Shown here piece by piece: positions 25,194 to 34,332 of a stretch of DNA of 46,265 nucleotides; positions within the stretch are counted from its first letter, which is position 1, and the number at the start of each line of letters is the position of its first letter. This DNA comes from Minisyncoccota bacterium (GTDB taxonomy: Bacteria; Patescibacteriota; Minisyncoccia; Phycocordibacterales; UBA9973): assembly GCA_035353995.1 (NCBI GenBank), contig DAOQAL010000001.1, positions 374,104 through 420,368 on the forward strand, in the 5' to 3' direction. The translations under genes were made by a program, and so were the position numbers. Below the pieces are notes generated by a model. It was not told the origin of the DNA and did no database searches. It worked only from the letters and a program-made list of their open reading frames with translations.

Positions 25194-26114
25194 ATGAAAT
25201 TTTTCAATAGTCTTTTTAGAAAAAAAACAAAAAAGTTAGTAACTCATAGTGGTTCATTTCATTCTGATGATATTTTTGCTTGCGCCACTATTTGTATCGC
25301 TTTGGAGAAAGAAGGTAAGTCTTTTGAGATAATAAGAACAAGAGATCCGAAAATTATAAAAAGTGGTGACATAGTTTTTGATGTAGGTGGAATTTACAAT
25401 CCTGATATAAATCGTTTTGATCATCATCAAATAGGTGGAGCAAAAAAACGTGATAATGGCATAGAGTGTTCTTCTTTTGGTTTGGTATGGAAAAAATATG
25501 GAGAAAAAATTTGTGGTTCAAAAGAAGTTGCAGATTTTATCAATAAAAAATTAGTTATGCCTGTTGATGCTTTTGATAATGGTATGGATTTAGTGGAATC
25601 AAAACACGAAGTAAACTACTATTTAGTTCAGAATTTTTTTATGTCTTTCATACCAAGTTGGAAGTGTAGAAATGAAAAAACATTATTAGATGGATTTTTA
25701 AAAGCTGTAAAAGTTGCAAAAGAATTATTGTTGCGTGAAATTTCTTTCACGAAAGATTTAGTTGAGAGTAGGAAAGAAATTTTACGATGTTATGATGAAT
25801 CTAAAGATAAAAGATTTATTGTTTTAGATAAAAAATATCCATGGGAAGAAGAAATGAGTAAATTTGCTGAACCATTATTTGTTATTTTCCCAAGACATGG
25901 TGGAAATTGGGGCGCAGAAGGTGTTTTAATAAATATGTCTTCCTTTAAAAGAAGAAAATATTTTCCACAAGCTTGGGCTGGACTTAGTGATGGTGAATTG
26001 GCAAAAGTTTCTGGGGTTTCAGATTCAGTTTTCTGCCACCGTGGAATTTTTATGGTGGTAGCAAAGTCAAAAGAGGGTATAATTAAATTAGTAGAAAAAG
26101 CTTTAAATGAATAA
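25194..26114 (+). CDS. MYG1 family protein
   Basis: THSGSFHSDD, RTRD, DVGGIY, FDHHQ, FCHRGIF. Confidence 0.92.
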   Translation: MKFFNSLFRKKTKKLVTHSGSFHSDDIFACATICIALEKEGKSFEIIRTRDPKIIKSGDIVFDVGGIYNPDINRFDHHQIGGAKKRDNGIECSSFGLVWKKYGEKICGSKEVADFINKKLVMPVDAFDNGMDLVESKHEVNYYLVQNFFMSFIPSWKCRNEKTLLDGFLKAVKVAKELLLREISFTKDLVESRKEILRCYDESKDKRFIVLDKKYPWEEEMSKFAEPLFVIFPRHGGNWGAEGVLINMSSFKRRKYFPQAWAGLSDGELAKVSGVSDSVFCHRGIFMVVAKSKEGIIKLVEKALNE

Positions 26115-26119
26115 AAAAT

Positions 26120-27157
26120 ATGGCATTCATAGATGAAATAAAAATATACGCAGAAGCAGGTCATGGTGGAAATGGCGTTGTTCGTTGGCGTAAAGAAAAA
26201 TTTATACCAAAGGGTGGTCCTGCCGGTGGAGATGGTGGGCGTGGTGGTGATTTTTATGTGCAAGCTGTTCGAGACATTCATCTTCTTTCAAAATATAAAT
26301 CAAAAAAAAGTTTTATTGCTGGCCGAGGAGAAGATGGTGGTAAAAAAAGTTTACATGGTGCATCAGGACAAGATTTTATTTTAGAATTGCCTATAGGTTC
26401 TGTTATTACCAATATTGATACTGAAGAAAAATGGCAATTGACAGAAGAAGGACAAAAGATTTTATTGCTTCATGGAGGATATGGCGGTTTCGGAAATGAA
26501 CATTTTAAAAGTTCTATAAATACGACTCCATTTGAGTCGAGAGAGGGTAAGGATGGAGAAACTGGAAATTTCCAAATAGAGTTGGAGCTTTTTGCTGATA
26601 TAGGTTTTATTGGTTTGCCTAATGCTGGTAAATCTTCTTTATTAAACATGATTACAAATGCTGATGCTAAAGTAGCAGATTATGCTTTTACAACGCTTGA
26701 TCCAAATTTAGGGAATTTTTATGGTTATATTATTGCTGATATACCAGGGATAATAGAAGGAGCATCGGATGGAAAAGGTTTAGGTGTTAAATTTTTAAAA
26801 CATATAAAAAGAACAAAAATGCTTGCACATTTAGTTTCTTTTGAAAATGTTTTAGGCACTAATAGTTCATCAAAAATGATGAAAGTTTATAAAGAAATTC
26901 GCAAAGAACTAGAGACTTATGATAAAAAAAATAATTTAGGAGAAGAAGGACTTTCAAAAAAAGAAGAAATTATAATTCTAACCAAAACGGATGTAGTTAC
27001 GGACAAATTTTCAACCTCTCTTAAGGCAAATGATTTTATAGATAAAAAGAAAAAAGAATTTGAAAAATTAAATAAGAAAGTTTTTGTTTTATCTTTATAC
27101 GATGATAAATCGATAAAAACTTTTAGAGATAAGTTAATTAAAATTTTAAATAAATAA
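26120..27157 (+). CDS. obgE: GTPase ObgE/CgtA
   Basis: Gly-rich Obg fold, GLPNAGKSS, YAFTTL, DIPGIIEGA, TKTD. Confidence 0.96.
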   Translation: MAFIDEIKIYAEAGHGGNGVVRWRKEKFIPKGGPAGGDGGRGGDFYVQAVRDIHLLSKYKSKKSFIAGRGEDGGKKSLHGASGQDFILELPIGSVITNIDTEEKWQLTEEGQKILLLHGGYGGFGNEHFKSSINTTPFESREGKDGETGNFQIELELFADIGFIGLPNAGKSSLLNMITNADAKVADYAFTTLDPNLGNFYGYIIADIPGIIEGASDGKGLGVKFLKHIKRTKMLAHLVSFENVLGTNSSSKMMKVYKEIRKELETYDKKNNLGEEGLSKKEEIIILTKTDVVTDKFSTSLKANDFIDKKKKEFEKLNKKVFVLSLYDDKSIKTFRDKLIKILNK

Positions 27158-27158
27158 T

Positions 27159-27398
27159 ATGAGAATTTCAGGATCTTTTATAGCAATGGTTATAGTTTGG
27201 GCTTTGGGTTTTACTCACTTTTTGGGTGGACCTTATATTTTATTTAAAATATTTTTTTGGATTGCATTATTACCATTTTTTATAACGATTATAGTTCTTA
27301 TTTTTATGCTATTAAAAGCAAAAAAAATTACGAATATAAATAAAACAGAAAATAGTAAAAATGAAACTATACACGTAGAAGCTACTATTAAAGAATAA
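27159..27398 (+). CDS. Small membrane protein
   Basis: 79 aa with two hydrophobic segments; tightly packed between obgE and gatB. Confidence 0.6.
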   Translation: MRISGSFIAMVIVWALGFTHFLGGPYILFKIFFWIALLPFFITIIVLIFMLLKAKKITNINKTENSKNETIHVEATIKE

Positions 27399-27418
27399 AA
27401 AAATTGTATAATAAATTT

Positions 27419-28873
27419 ATGATAGAAAAGTATTATCCTACAATAGGACTTGAAATACATGCAGAGTTAAAAACAAAAACAAAAATGTTTTGTTCTTGTT
27501 TGAATAATCCTGATGAAGAAAAACCAAATCTAAATGTTTGTCCTGTTTGTATGGCACATCCTGGTGCATTGCCAGTTCCAAATAAAAAAGCCATTGAAAA
27601 TGTAATAAAAGTTGGGCTCGCATTAGGTGCCGAAATTGCTGATTTTACAGAATTTGATCGTAAAAATTATTTTTATCCTGATATCCCTAAAGGTTATCAG
27701 ATTACACAATATAAATACCCAATAGTTTCAGGTGGTCATTTGGCAGATTTTGATATAACACGTGTGCATTTAGAGGAAGACACAGCAAATAATAAACACA
27801 TAGATGGAGACGCTTCTTCTTTAAATTCAGGTTTTTCTTTGATTGATTTTAATCGTGCTGGGGTTCCTTTAATGGAACTTGTAACAGAACCAAAAACTTT
27901 TAATGATGTAAATGAATTAGTAGGGAAAAGTGCATCAAATTTTGCAAAAGAATTACAACTAATTCTTTGGTATTTAGGTGTATCTGATGCAAATATGGAA
28001 AAAGGGGAAATGAGAGTTGAAGCCAATATATCTATTTCTAAAGATCCTAAAAAACTTGGAACAAAAGTTGAAGTGAAAAATCTTAATTCTTTTAGAAGCG
28101 TAGAAAGAGCAATTAAATATGAATTAGATAGAATGATTGAACTTTTTAAAAATGATAAAGAATATGAAATAGTGCAAGAGACTAGAGGTTGGGATGAAAA
28201 TAAACAAAAAACATTTTCTCAAAGAAAAAAAGAATCAAGTCATGATTATAGATATTTTCCAGATCCTGATTTACCAAAAATGAAATTGCACGAAGTTTTT
28301 GATTTAACAAAAATGAGAGAAGAATTGCCTGAACTACCTATATCAAAACGCGTGCGATACAAAAAAGACTTTGGAATAAAAGATGAAGATGTAGAGAGTT
28401 TTATAAATGATCCTGTTTTAGGTAAAAGTTTTGAAGATATTGCAAAAATTTTAAAGGATTCCGGAAAAATAAAAATAGCTTCAAACTATATTACATCTGA
28501 CTATCTTGGTCTTAAGAAAAATAATACTGAAGTTAAAATGCCTAGTGCTGAAAACTTTGCAGAACTTATAAATTTAATTTCAGAAAACAAAATTTCGTCT
28601 AGGGCAGCAAAAGATATTTTATTAATGATTTCTGTTTTAGATGAATCTCCATTAAAAATAGCAACAGAGAAAAATTTGTTACAAAAAAATGATGAAGGTG
28701 CTTTGAAGGAAATTGCGCAAAAAATAATAGAAGCTAATCAAAAAGTTGTGGCAGACTACAAAAGCGGTAAGGAAAACGCTCTTATGTCTTTAGTGGGGCA
28801 AATAATGAAAGAAACAAAAGGTTCTGCAAATCCGACTATAGCAAAACAGGTATTGACGGAACTTCTAAAGTAA
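27419..28873 (+). CDS. gatB: Asp-tRNA(Asn)/Glu-tRNA(Gln) amidotransferase subunit B
   Basis: IGLEIHAEL, RKNYFYPD, DFNRAGVPLMELVTEP, YRYFPDPDL; start placed at ATG 27419. Confidence 0.97.
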   Translation: MIEKYYPTIGLEIHAELKTKTKMFCSCLNNPDEEKPNLNVCPVCMAHPGALPVPNKKAIENVIKVGLALGAEIADFTEFDRKNYFYPDIPKGYQITQYKYPIVSGGHLADFDITRVHLEEDTANNKHIDGDASSLNSGFSLIDFNRAGVPLMELVTEPKTFNDVNELVGKSASNFAKELQLILWYLGVSDANMEKGEMRVEANISISKDPKKLGTKVEVKNLNSFRSVERAIKYELDRMIELFKNDKEYEIVQETRGWDENKQKTFSQRKKESSHDYRYFPDPDLPKMKLHEVFDLTKMREELPELPISKRVRYKKDFGIKDEDVESFINDPVLGKSFEDIAKILKDSGKIKIASNYITSDYLGLKKNNTEVKMPSAENFAELINLISENKISSRAAKDILLMISVLDESPLKIATEKNLLQKNDEGALKEIAQKIIEANQKVVADYKSGKENALMSLVGQIMKETKGSANPTIAKQVLTELLK

Positions 28874-28986
28874 GGTATAACTTGATTTTTTCTAATGAAT
28901 ATGATATAATAGTGATAGATAAAGTATTTGAAATAAATATTGTAGTTCACCAGTTTTTTTCTTTAACTTTTTTAATAAAAAAACTT

Positions 28987-29196
28987 ATGACAAAAACATC
29001 TGTAAAACAGGCTCCTAGAGATCTGGATGAAGTTCTGGAAAGAAAAGACCTTCTTTCAGTTTTTCCTCCAAAAGAGAAAAGAGAAAAGAAAAAACTTCCT
29101 TATCGTTTTCGTTTCCAAAAAAAAAGGAAAGAAGAAGAACCAAGACAGTACCCAAGAATCTGCTATTCTCAACGAGGAGAGGCAGAATATTCTTAA
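28987..29196 (+). CDS. Small basic hypothetical protein
   Basis: 69 aa from ATG 28987 within track ORF 28882..29196. Confidence 0.4.
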   Translation: MTKTSVKQAPRDLDEVLERKDLLSVFPPKEKREKKKLPYRFRFQKKRKEEEPRQYPRICYSQRGEAEYS

Positions 29197-29240
29197 ATGC
29201 CTCTCACTCAGCCGGTCCAATTTTTGGACCGGCATTTTTT

Positions 29241-29269
29241 TTGCCTTGAAACCATCTTATTGCTATACT
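29241..29269 (+). promoter_or_regulatory. Sigma70-type promoter of fba
   Basis: TTGCCT-17-TATACT with TG extension; ATG 6 nt downstream. Confidence 0.7.
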
Positions 29270-29275
29270 TAATAT

Positions 29276-30148
29276 ATGAAAACTTTACGTGAATATATAA
29301 AAGAAGCTGATGAAAAAGGAATTGCTATAGGACATTTTAATATTTCAAATTTGGAAGCATTGCATGGAATTTATAATGCAGCAAAAAAGTTGAACTTGCC
29401 TGTGATAATAGGTTTATCAGAGGGAGAAGAAGAATTTGTTGGAAGAAAAGAAGCAGTTGCTTTAGTAAAAGAAATAAGAGAAAAAGATAATTATCCAATT
29501 TTTTTAAACGCAGATCATCATTACACTTTTGAATCAGTTAAAAAAGCTCTTGATGATGGATTTGATTCAGCTATTATTGATGCAGTAAAATTACCACTAG
29601 AAGAAAATATTGCTCTTACTAAAAAATGTGTAGAGTATGCTAGAGAATTAAGTAAGAAAGAGAATAGAGATATATTAATCGAAGCAGAAATTGGTTTTAT
29701 AGGAACATCTTCAAAAATTTTAGACAACATACCAGAAGGAGTTTCAGATTCTACTATGACTACACCAGAAGATGCTAAACATTTCGTTGAAGAAACAGGC
29801 ATCGATTTACTTGCACCTTCTGTTGGTAATATTCATGGCATGATACGTACTGGAAATCCTAGACTTCATCCAGAACGTGTAAAAGAAATACGAGAAGCTA
29901 CTGGCATTCCTTTAGTTTTACATGGCGGTTCAGGATCAATGGATGAAGATTTTATTTCTTGTATAAAAAATGGTATTGATATTATTCACATAAATACAGA
30001 AATTCGTATTGCGTATAAAGATGCTTTAAAAAAGTTTTTAATTGAAAACCCAGATGAAGTTGCTCCATATAAAATTTTAAAACCAGCTGTAAATGCAATT
30101 GAACAAGTAGTTGAAGCAAGGCTAAAACTTTTTAATGGAATAAAATAA
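29276..30148 (+). CDS. fba: Class II fructose-bisphosphate aldolase family
   Basis: NADHH, EAEIG, SVGNIHG, LVLHGGSG, INTE. Confidence 0.9.
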   Translation: MKTLREYIKEADEKGIAIGHFNISNLEALHGIYNAAKKLNLPVIIGLSEGEEEFVGRKEAVALVKEIREKDNYPIFLNADHHYTFESVKKALDDGFDSAIIDAVKLPLEENIALTKKCVEYARELSKKENRDILIEAEIGFIGTSSKILDNIPEGVSDSTMTTPEDAKHFVEETGIDLLAPSVGNIHGMIRTGNPRLHPERVKEIREATGIPLVLHGGSGSMDEDFISCIKNGIDIIHINTEIRIAYKDALKKFLIENPDEVAPYKILKPAVNAIEQVVEARLKLFNGIK

Positions 30149-30192
30149 GCATAAAAGTTGCATTTTTTTAATTTTAAGATATACTATCTTTC

Positions 30193-30846
30193 ATGTTATC
30201 TTTAACTGCAAAAATAAGAGATATTAAAGAAAAATTAGATATGTTAAGAAAGGCAGGCGAATTGCCAGCTGTTTTATATGGTGCGGGCACAGAATCTACT
30301 CCTATAACAGTTTCGCTTGTTGAGTTTAAAAAGGTTTGGCATAAGGCTGGAGAATCTTCAACTGTAAAAATTACAGCAGGAAAAACTGTTGTTGATACAT
30401 TGATCCATGAAGTACAGCAAGATCCTGTTTCAGATGAGCCTATACACGTAGACTTTTTAGTAATTGATATGAATAAGAAGATTAAAGTTGAAGTTCCTTT
30501 GGAATTTATTGGAGAATCTTCCGTAGTAAAGAGTGGACTTGGTACTTTGGTAAAAGTGCTTTATGAAGTTGAAGTTGAAGCATTGCCAAAAGATTTACCA
30601 CATGTATTTAATATAGATATTTCCAAGCTTGTTGAATTAAATAGTCAAATTCTTGTTTCCGATATTGTTCTTCCAAAGGGAGTTACAATGATAACAAAAG
30701 AAACAGAAGTTATAGCTGCTGTAACAGAACAAAAAGAAGAAAAAGAAGAAGTTGCTCCTGTAGACTTATCAGCAATAGAGGTTGAAAAGAAAGGTAAGAA
30801 AGAAGAAGAGGGTGCAGAAGCAGTAGAAAATACAGCAACTATATAA
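30193..30846 (+). CDS. rplY: 50S ribosomal protein bL25/Ctc
   Basis: PAVLYG, IHVDF, VEVPLEF, EVEALPKDLP; acidic tail. Confidence 0.94.
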   Translation: MLSLTAKIRDIKEKLDMLRKAGELPAVLYGAGTESTPITVSLVEFKKVWHKAGESSTVKITAGKTVVDTLIHEVQQDPVSDEPIHVDFLVIDMNKKIKVEVPLEFIGESSVVKSGLGTLVKVLYEVEVEALPKDLPHVFNIDISKLVELNSQILVSDIVLPKGVTMITKETEVIAAVTEQKEEKEEVAPVDLSAIEVEKKGKKEEEGAEAVENTATI

Positions 30847-30887
30847 AAAAATAGAAAATTAATAAAAAATATGCTAAAATAAAAACT

Positions 30888-32264
30888 ATGACACGAAAGG
30901 TCATAGTTTTTATTTTTATATTTGCATTTGTGTTTTCTTTTGCATCGCTTTATGGATCGAAAATAGTATTTTCAGCAGATTGTTCAGATTCCGTATATGC
31001 AAAAGCCCATGAAGCTTATTGTCGTAATGAATTAAAAAACGTTGAAGCTGAGTATGCAAGCTTATTACAACAAGTTGAAAAACTAAATAAGCAAAGTACT
31101 AATTATGCTTCAGAATTAAAAAAATTAACGACACAAATTAACGCTCTTAAAACAAAAATTAAAGCGCGTAATTTAGCTATTGCTCAATTAAAAAATGATA
31201 TTAATAATAAAGTTTCCAAAATAAATTCTCTTTCTGACAAAATAGAAAGGGAACACGAATCATTAGCACAGTTACTCAGAAATACTAATGAATTTGATAA
31301 TGAAAATTTTATTTATCTTATTTTATCTGACGAAAGTATTTCAGATTTTTATTCCGATTTAGAATCTTATAATTCTATAAAATTATCTATAAAAAATTCT
31401 GTTGAAGAAATTACAGGAGTAAAAGCTCAAACAGAAGTTCAGAAAAAAGAGTTAGAAACAAAAAAAGATGCAGAGACAGATGCTAAATATGAATTGGAAA
31501 GCGCCCAGAAAAAAGCTGCTCAATTAGAAGCTGAAAATAAAAAACTTCTTTCAAGTTCAAAAACAAAAGAAGAAGCATTTAAAGTTCTTGCAGCAGATAA
31601 AAAAGCCAGAGCTGCAAAAATTCGTAGTGCTTTGTTTAACTTGGCTGGTACTTCACAAAAAATTGATTTCGGAACAGCACTTACATATGCAACTGAAGCA
31701 AAAACAAAACTCGGTATTGATCCAGCTTTCTTGATGGCTATTTTGACACAAGAAAGTAACTTGGGTGCAAATGTCGGTTCATGTTATGTAACAAATACAA
31801 CAACAGGAGCTGGAAAAGGAGCAAATACAGGAAGTGCACAAATTAGAGTTATGCATCCTACTCGTGATATACCAGTTTTCTTAAGTATTGTTAATAAATT
31901 AGGACTTGATTATACAAAAACAAGAGTTTCTTGTTGGATAGCTGCATATAATAAAGATGGTAGTCCGTATGGTTGGGGTGGAGCTATGGGGCCGGCACAA
32001 TTTATTCCTTCAACTTGGAAAATATTTGAAACTCGTTTGAAGAATTTATTGGGACATGATGCAAATCCATGGACACCAAGAGATGCATTTATGGCTTCTG
32101 CAATGTATTTAACAGACCTTGGAGCAGTTGGAAATTCGGCAAGCTCTCAAAGCAAGGCTGCATGTAAATATTATGGCTCTGGTGGCTCAACATGTACTTA
32201 TAGCAATAGCGTTATGAAAATTAAGCTAAATATTCAGGCAAATATAGATTTGCTTTCTGATTAA
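30888..32264 (+). CDS. Secreted coiled-coil protein with C-terminal lytic transglycosylase domain
   Basis: Signal peptide, long coiled coil, AILTQES catalytic Glu and GAMGPAQFIPSTW. Confidence 0.85.
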   Translation: MTRKVIVFIFIFAFVFSFASLYGSKIVFSADCSDSVYAKAHEAYCRNELKNVEAEYASLLQQVEKLNKQSTNYASELKKLTTQINALKTKIKARNLAIAQLKNDINNKVSKINSLSDKIEREHESLAQLLRNTNEFDNENFIYLILSDESISDFYSDLESYNSIKLSIKNSVEEITGVKAQTEVQKKELETKKDAETDAKYELESAQKKAAQLEAENKKLLSSSKTKEEAFKVLAADKKARAAKIRSALFNLAGTSQKIDFGTALTYATEAKTKLGIDPAFLMAILTQESNLGANVGSCYVTNTTTGAGKGANTGSAQIRVMHPTRDIPVFLSIVNKLGLDYTKTRVSCWIAAYNKDGSPYGWGGAMGPAQFIPSTWKIFETRLKNLLGHDANPWTPRDAFMASAMYLTDLGAVGNSASSQSKAACKYYGSGGSTCTYSNSVMKIKLNIQANIDLLSD

Positions 32265-32287
32265 AATTATGATAATCTTTCCAAATA

Positions 32288-32503
32288 ATGAAAAAAGATA
32301 TACATCCAAAATTTAATTTAAAAACAAAGGCAAACTGCGCTTGCGGAGCTGTATTTGAAGTTGGTTCAACAATGCCTGAAATAAAAATGGAAATTTGTAG
32401 TCAATGTCATCCTTTTTATACCGGTAATGAAAAAATAATGGATACTGCCGGAAGAGTAGAACGCTTTAACAAGCGACGTGCTGCTGCAAAAGCAAAGAAA
32501 TAA
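32288..32503 (+). CDS. rpmE: 50S ribosomal protein bL31 (Zn-binding type)
   Basis: [29 protein letters not shown]. Confidence 0.97.
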   Translation: MKKDIHPKFNLKTKANCACGAVFEVGSTMPEIKMEICSQCHPFYTGNEKIMDTAGRVERFNKRRAAAKAKK

Positions 32504-32574
32504 CACCAATACAGGGTTGCTCTTTAGAGAATGGATATTTTTGTTTTTAAAAATTTCTATTCTTTGTTTTATTT

Positions 32575-33546
32575 ATGACTCTAAATATAGAAGAACTTAA
32601 AAAAAATCACGACACAAGCTATTTAGCAGGTCTTTTAGAGCATCTGGAAATTGAAGAAAAAGAAGTAAGGCTAATGCTTGCAAATGACCCTTCTTTGAAA
32701 GAAATGGTAGATAGCGAAATAAAAACCCTTGAAGAAAAAAGAGCAAATATAGAAAAACAAGTACAAGATATTTTAAATAAAGAAAAAGAAGAAAATGAAT
32801 TTCCAAATGAAATCGTTCTTGAAGTAAGAGCTGGCGCTGGTGGAGATGAAGCATCACTTTTTGCTTGGGAACTTGCACGTATGTATGAAAGGTATGCTGA
32901 AATGAAAAAATGGCAATGGAAAACAAACTATGAATCTAAAAATGATTTAGGTGGATATAAAGAAGCATCATTTGAAATAAAAGGAAAAGATGTTTATAAA
33001 AAAATGCGTTATGAAACTGGCGTGCATAGAGTACAAAGAATTCCAGCAACAGAAAAAAATGGACGTGTGCATACTTCTACTGCATCTGTCGCAATTTTGC
33101 CAATTCGTAAAAAAATTAATTTTGTAATAAATCCTGCTGATTTAGATATGGAATATTCTCGTTCTGGTGGAAAAGGAGGACAAAATGTAAATAAAGTTGA
33201 AACTGCTGTTAGACTTATACATAAACCTACGGGACTTGATGTTCGTTGCACAAATGAAAGAAGTCAGGTTGCAAATCGTGAAAAAGCATTAATGATTTTG
33301 ACAGCAAAATTACAACAATTAAAAGAAGAAGAAGAAGCAAAAAAATATTCTGGCGAAAGAAAAGCTCAAATCGGCACAGGCGATCGTTCTGAAAAAATTC
33401 GTACATATAATTTTTCACAAGATAGAGTTACTGATCATAGAATAAAAAAAACTTGGCATAATTTACCAAAAATATTAGAAGGGGATATAGAAGAAATTTT
33501 TGAAGCTCTTTTATCTGGTGAAACTGGAGATGCGGACGAAGAATAA
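32575..33546 (+). CDS. prfA: Peptide chain release factor 1
   Basis: GGQ motif, VQRIPATE (PxT anticodon of RF1), KIRTYNF. Confidence 0.93.
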   Translation: MTLNIEELKKNHDTSYLAGLLEHLEIEEKEVRLMLANDPSLKEMVDSEIKTLEEKRANIEKQVQDILNKEKEENEFPNEIVLEVRAGAGGDEASLFAWELARMYERYAEMKKWQWKTNYESKNDLGGYKEASFEIKGKDVYKKMRYETGVHRVQRIPATEKNGRVHTSTASVAILPIRKKINFVINPADLDMEYSRSGGKGGQNVNKVETAVRLIHKPTGLDVRCTNERSQVANREKALMILTAKLQQLKEEEEAKKYSGERKAQIGTGDRSEKIRTYNFSQDRVTDHRIKKTWHNLPKILEGDIEEIFEALLSGETGDADEE

Positions 33547-33561
33547 AAATCAATTTTTGTA

Positions 33562-33590
33562 TTGCTTTTTTACTTACAATGTGCTATACT
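33562..33590 (+). promoter_or_regulatory. Sigma70-type promoter of the RRM gene
   Basis: TTGCTT-17-TATACT with TG extension; about 135-nt leader. Confidence 0.65.
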
Positions 33591-33730
33591 TAACAAGTAG
33601 TTTCTTAAAGAGCTTTTTGTTTAATTGTGAGTTTTGAATTTTTGGCAACAATGAAGCCAAGTGAGCGATAAAAGGACCTGCGCATTATAAATAGTTTTTG
33701 CCCGATTTTTTAAAAACGGGAGAAGCAAAA

Positions 33731-34063
33731 ATGGCTAAAAAGCTATATGTAGGGGGTCTCCCTTACAGCACACAAGAAGATGCCCTTAAGGACCTCTTCG
33801 CACAAGCTGGCAACGTTGCATCAGCTGTGATTATTATGGACAAAATGTCCGGTCGCTCAAAAGGTTTCGGATTCGTTGAAATGTCTAGTGACGAAGAAGC
33901 ACAAAATGCTGTCACCATGTTCAATGGACAAGAATTTGAAGGACGAAAGCTTACAGTAAATGAAGCTCGCCCAATGGAATCTCGCCCAGCAAGAACTGGA
34001 GGTTTCGGGGGTGGAAATGGTGGTTACAACGGTGGAAACCGTGGTGGTCGCCGAGAATACTAA
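33731..34063 (+). CDS. RRM (RNP-1) RNA-binding protein with Gly-rich tail
   Basis: KLYVGGL (RNP2), RSKGFGFVEM (RNP1); start placed at ATG 33731. Confidence 0.93.
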   Translation: MAKKLYVGGLPYSTQEDALKDLFAQAGNVASAVIIMDKMSGRSKGFGFVEMSSDEEAQNAVTMFNGQEFEGRKLTVNEARPMESRPARTGGFGGGNGGYNGGNRGGRREY

Positions 34064-34080
34064 TTTTCTAAAGCGTTAAT

Positions 34081-34120
34081 AAAACAGAAGGCCACCATTT
34101 TTTTGGTGGCTTTTTGTTTT
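34081..34120 (+). terminator. Intrinsic terminator after the RRM gene
   Basis: GCCACCA-loop-TGGTGGC followed by T runs. Confidence 0.85.
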
Positions 34121-34171
34121 AGTTTGCGTAAGCTTATTTTTTTTGTTATAAATATATGAGTATAAATGTTT

Positions 34172-34243
34172 GAGCGTGTAGTTCAGTGGTAGAACGCTGT
34201 CCTGATAAGACAGAGGTCGAAGGTCCGATTCCTTCCACGCTCA
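34172..34243 (+). tRNA. tRNA-Ile(GAT)
   Basis: GAGCGTG/CACGCTC acceptor, CTGTC-CTGATAA-GACAG anticodon arm; T loop TCCGATT. Confidence 0.93.
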
Positions 34244-34263
34244 CAAAGAAATATCTAGAATAC

Positions 34264-34284
34264 TACAGAGGTCTTGCCTCTGTA
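34264..34284 (-). repeat. Palindromic repeat in reverse orientation just downstream of tRNA-Ile
   Basis: TACAGAGGTCTTGCCTCTGTA, the reverse complement of TACAGAGGCAAGACCTCTGTA. Confidence 0.9.
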
Positions 34285-34332
34285 ATTTAAAGTCATTTGT
34301 ATGATAGTGATTTTTTGTGGTATATTTAATAT

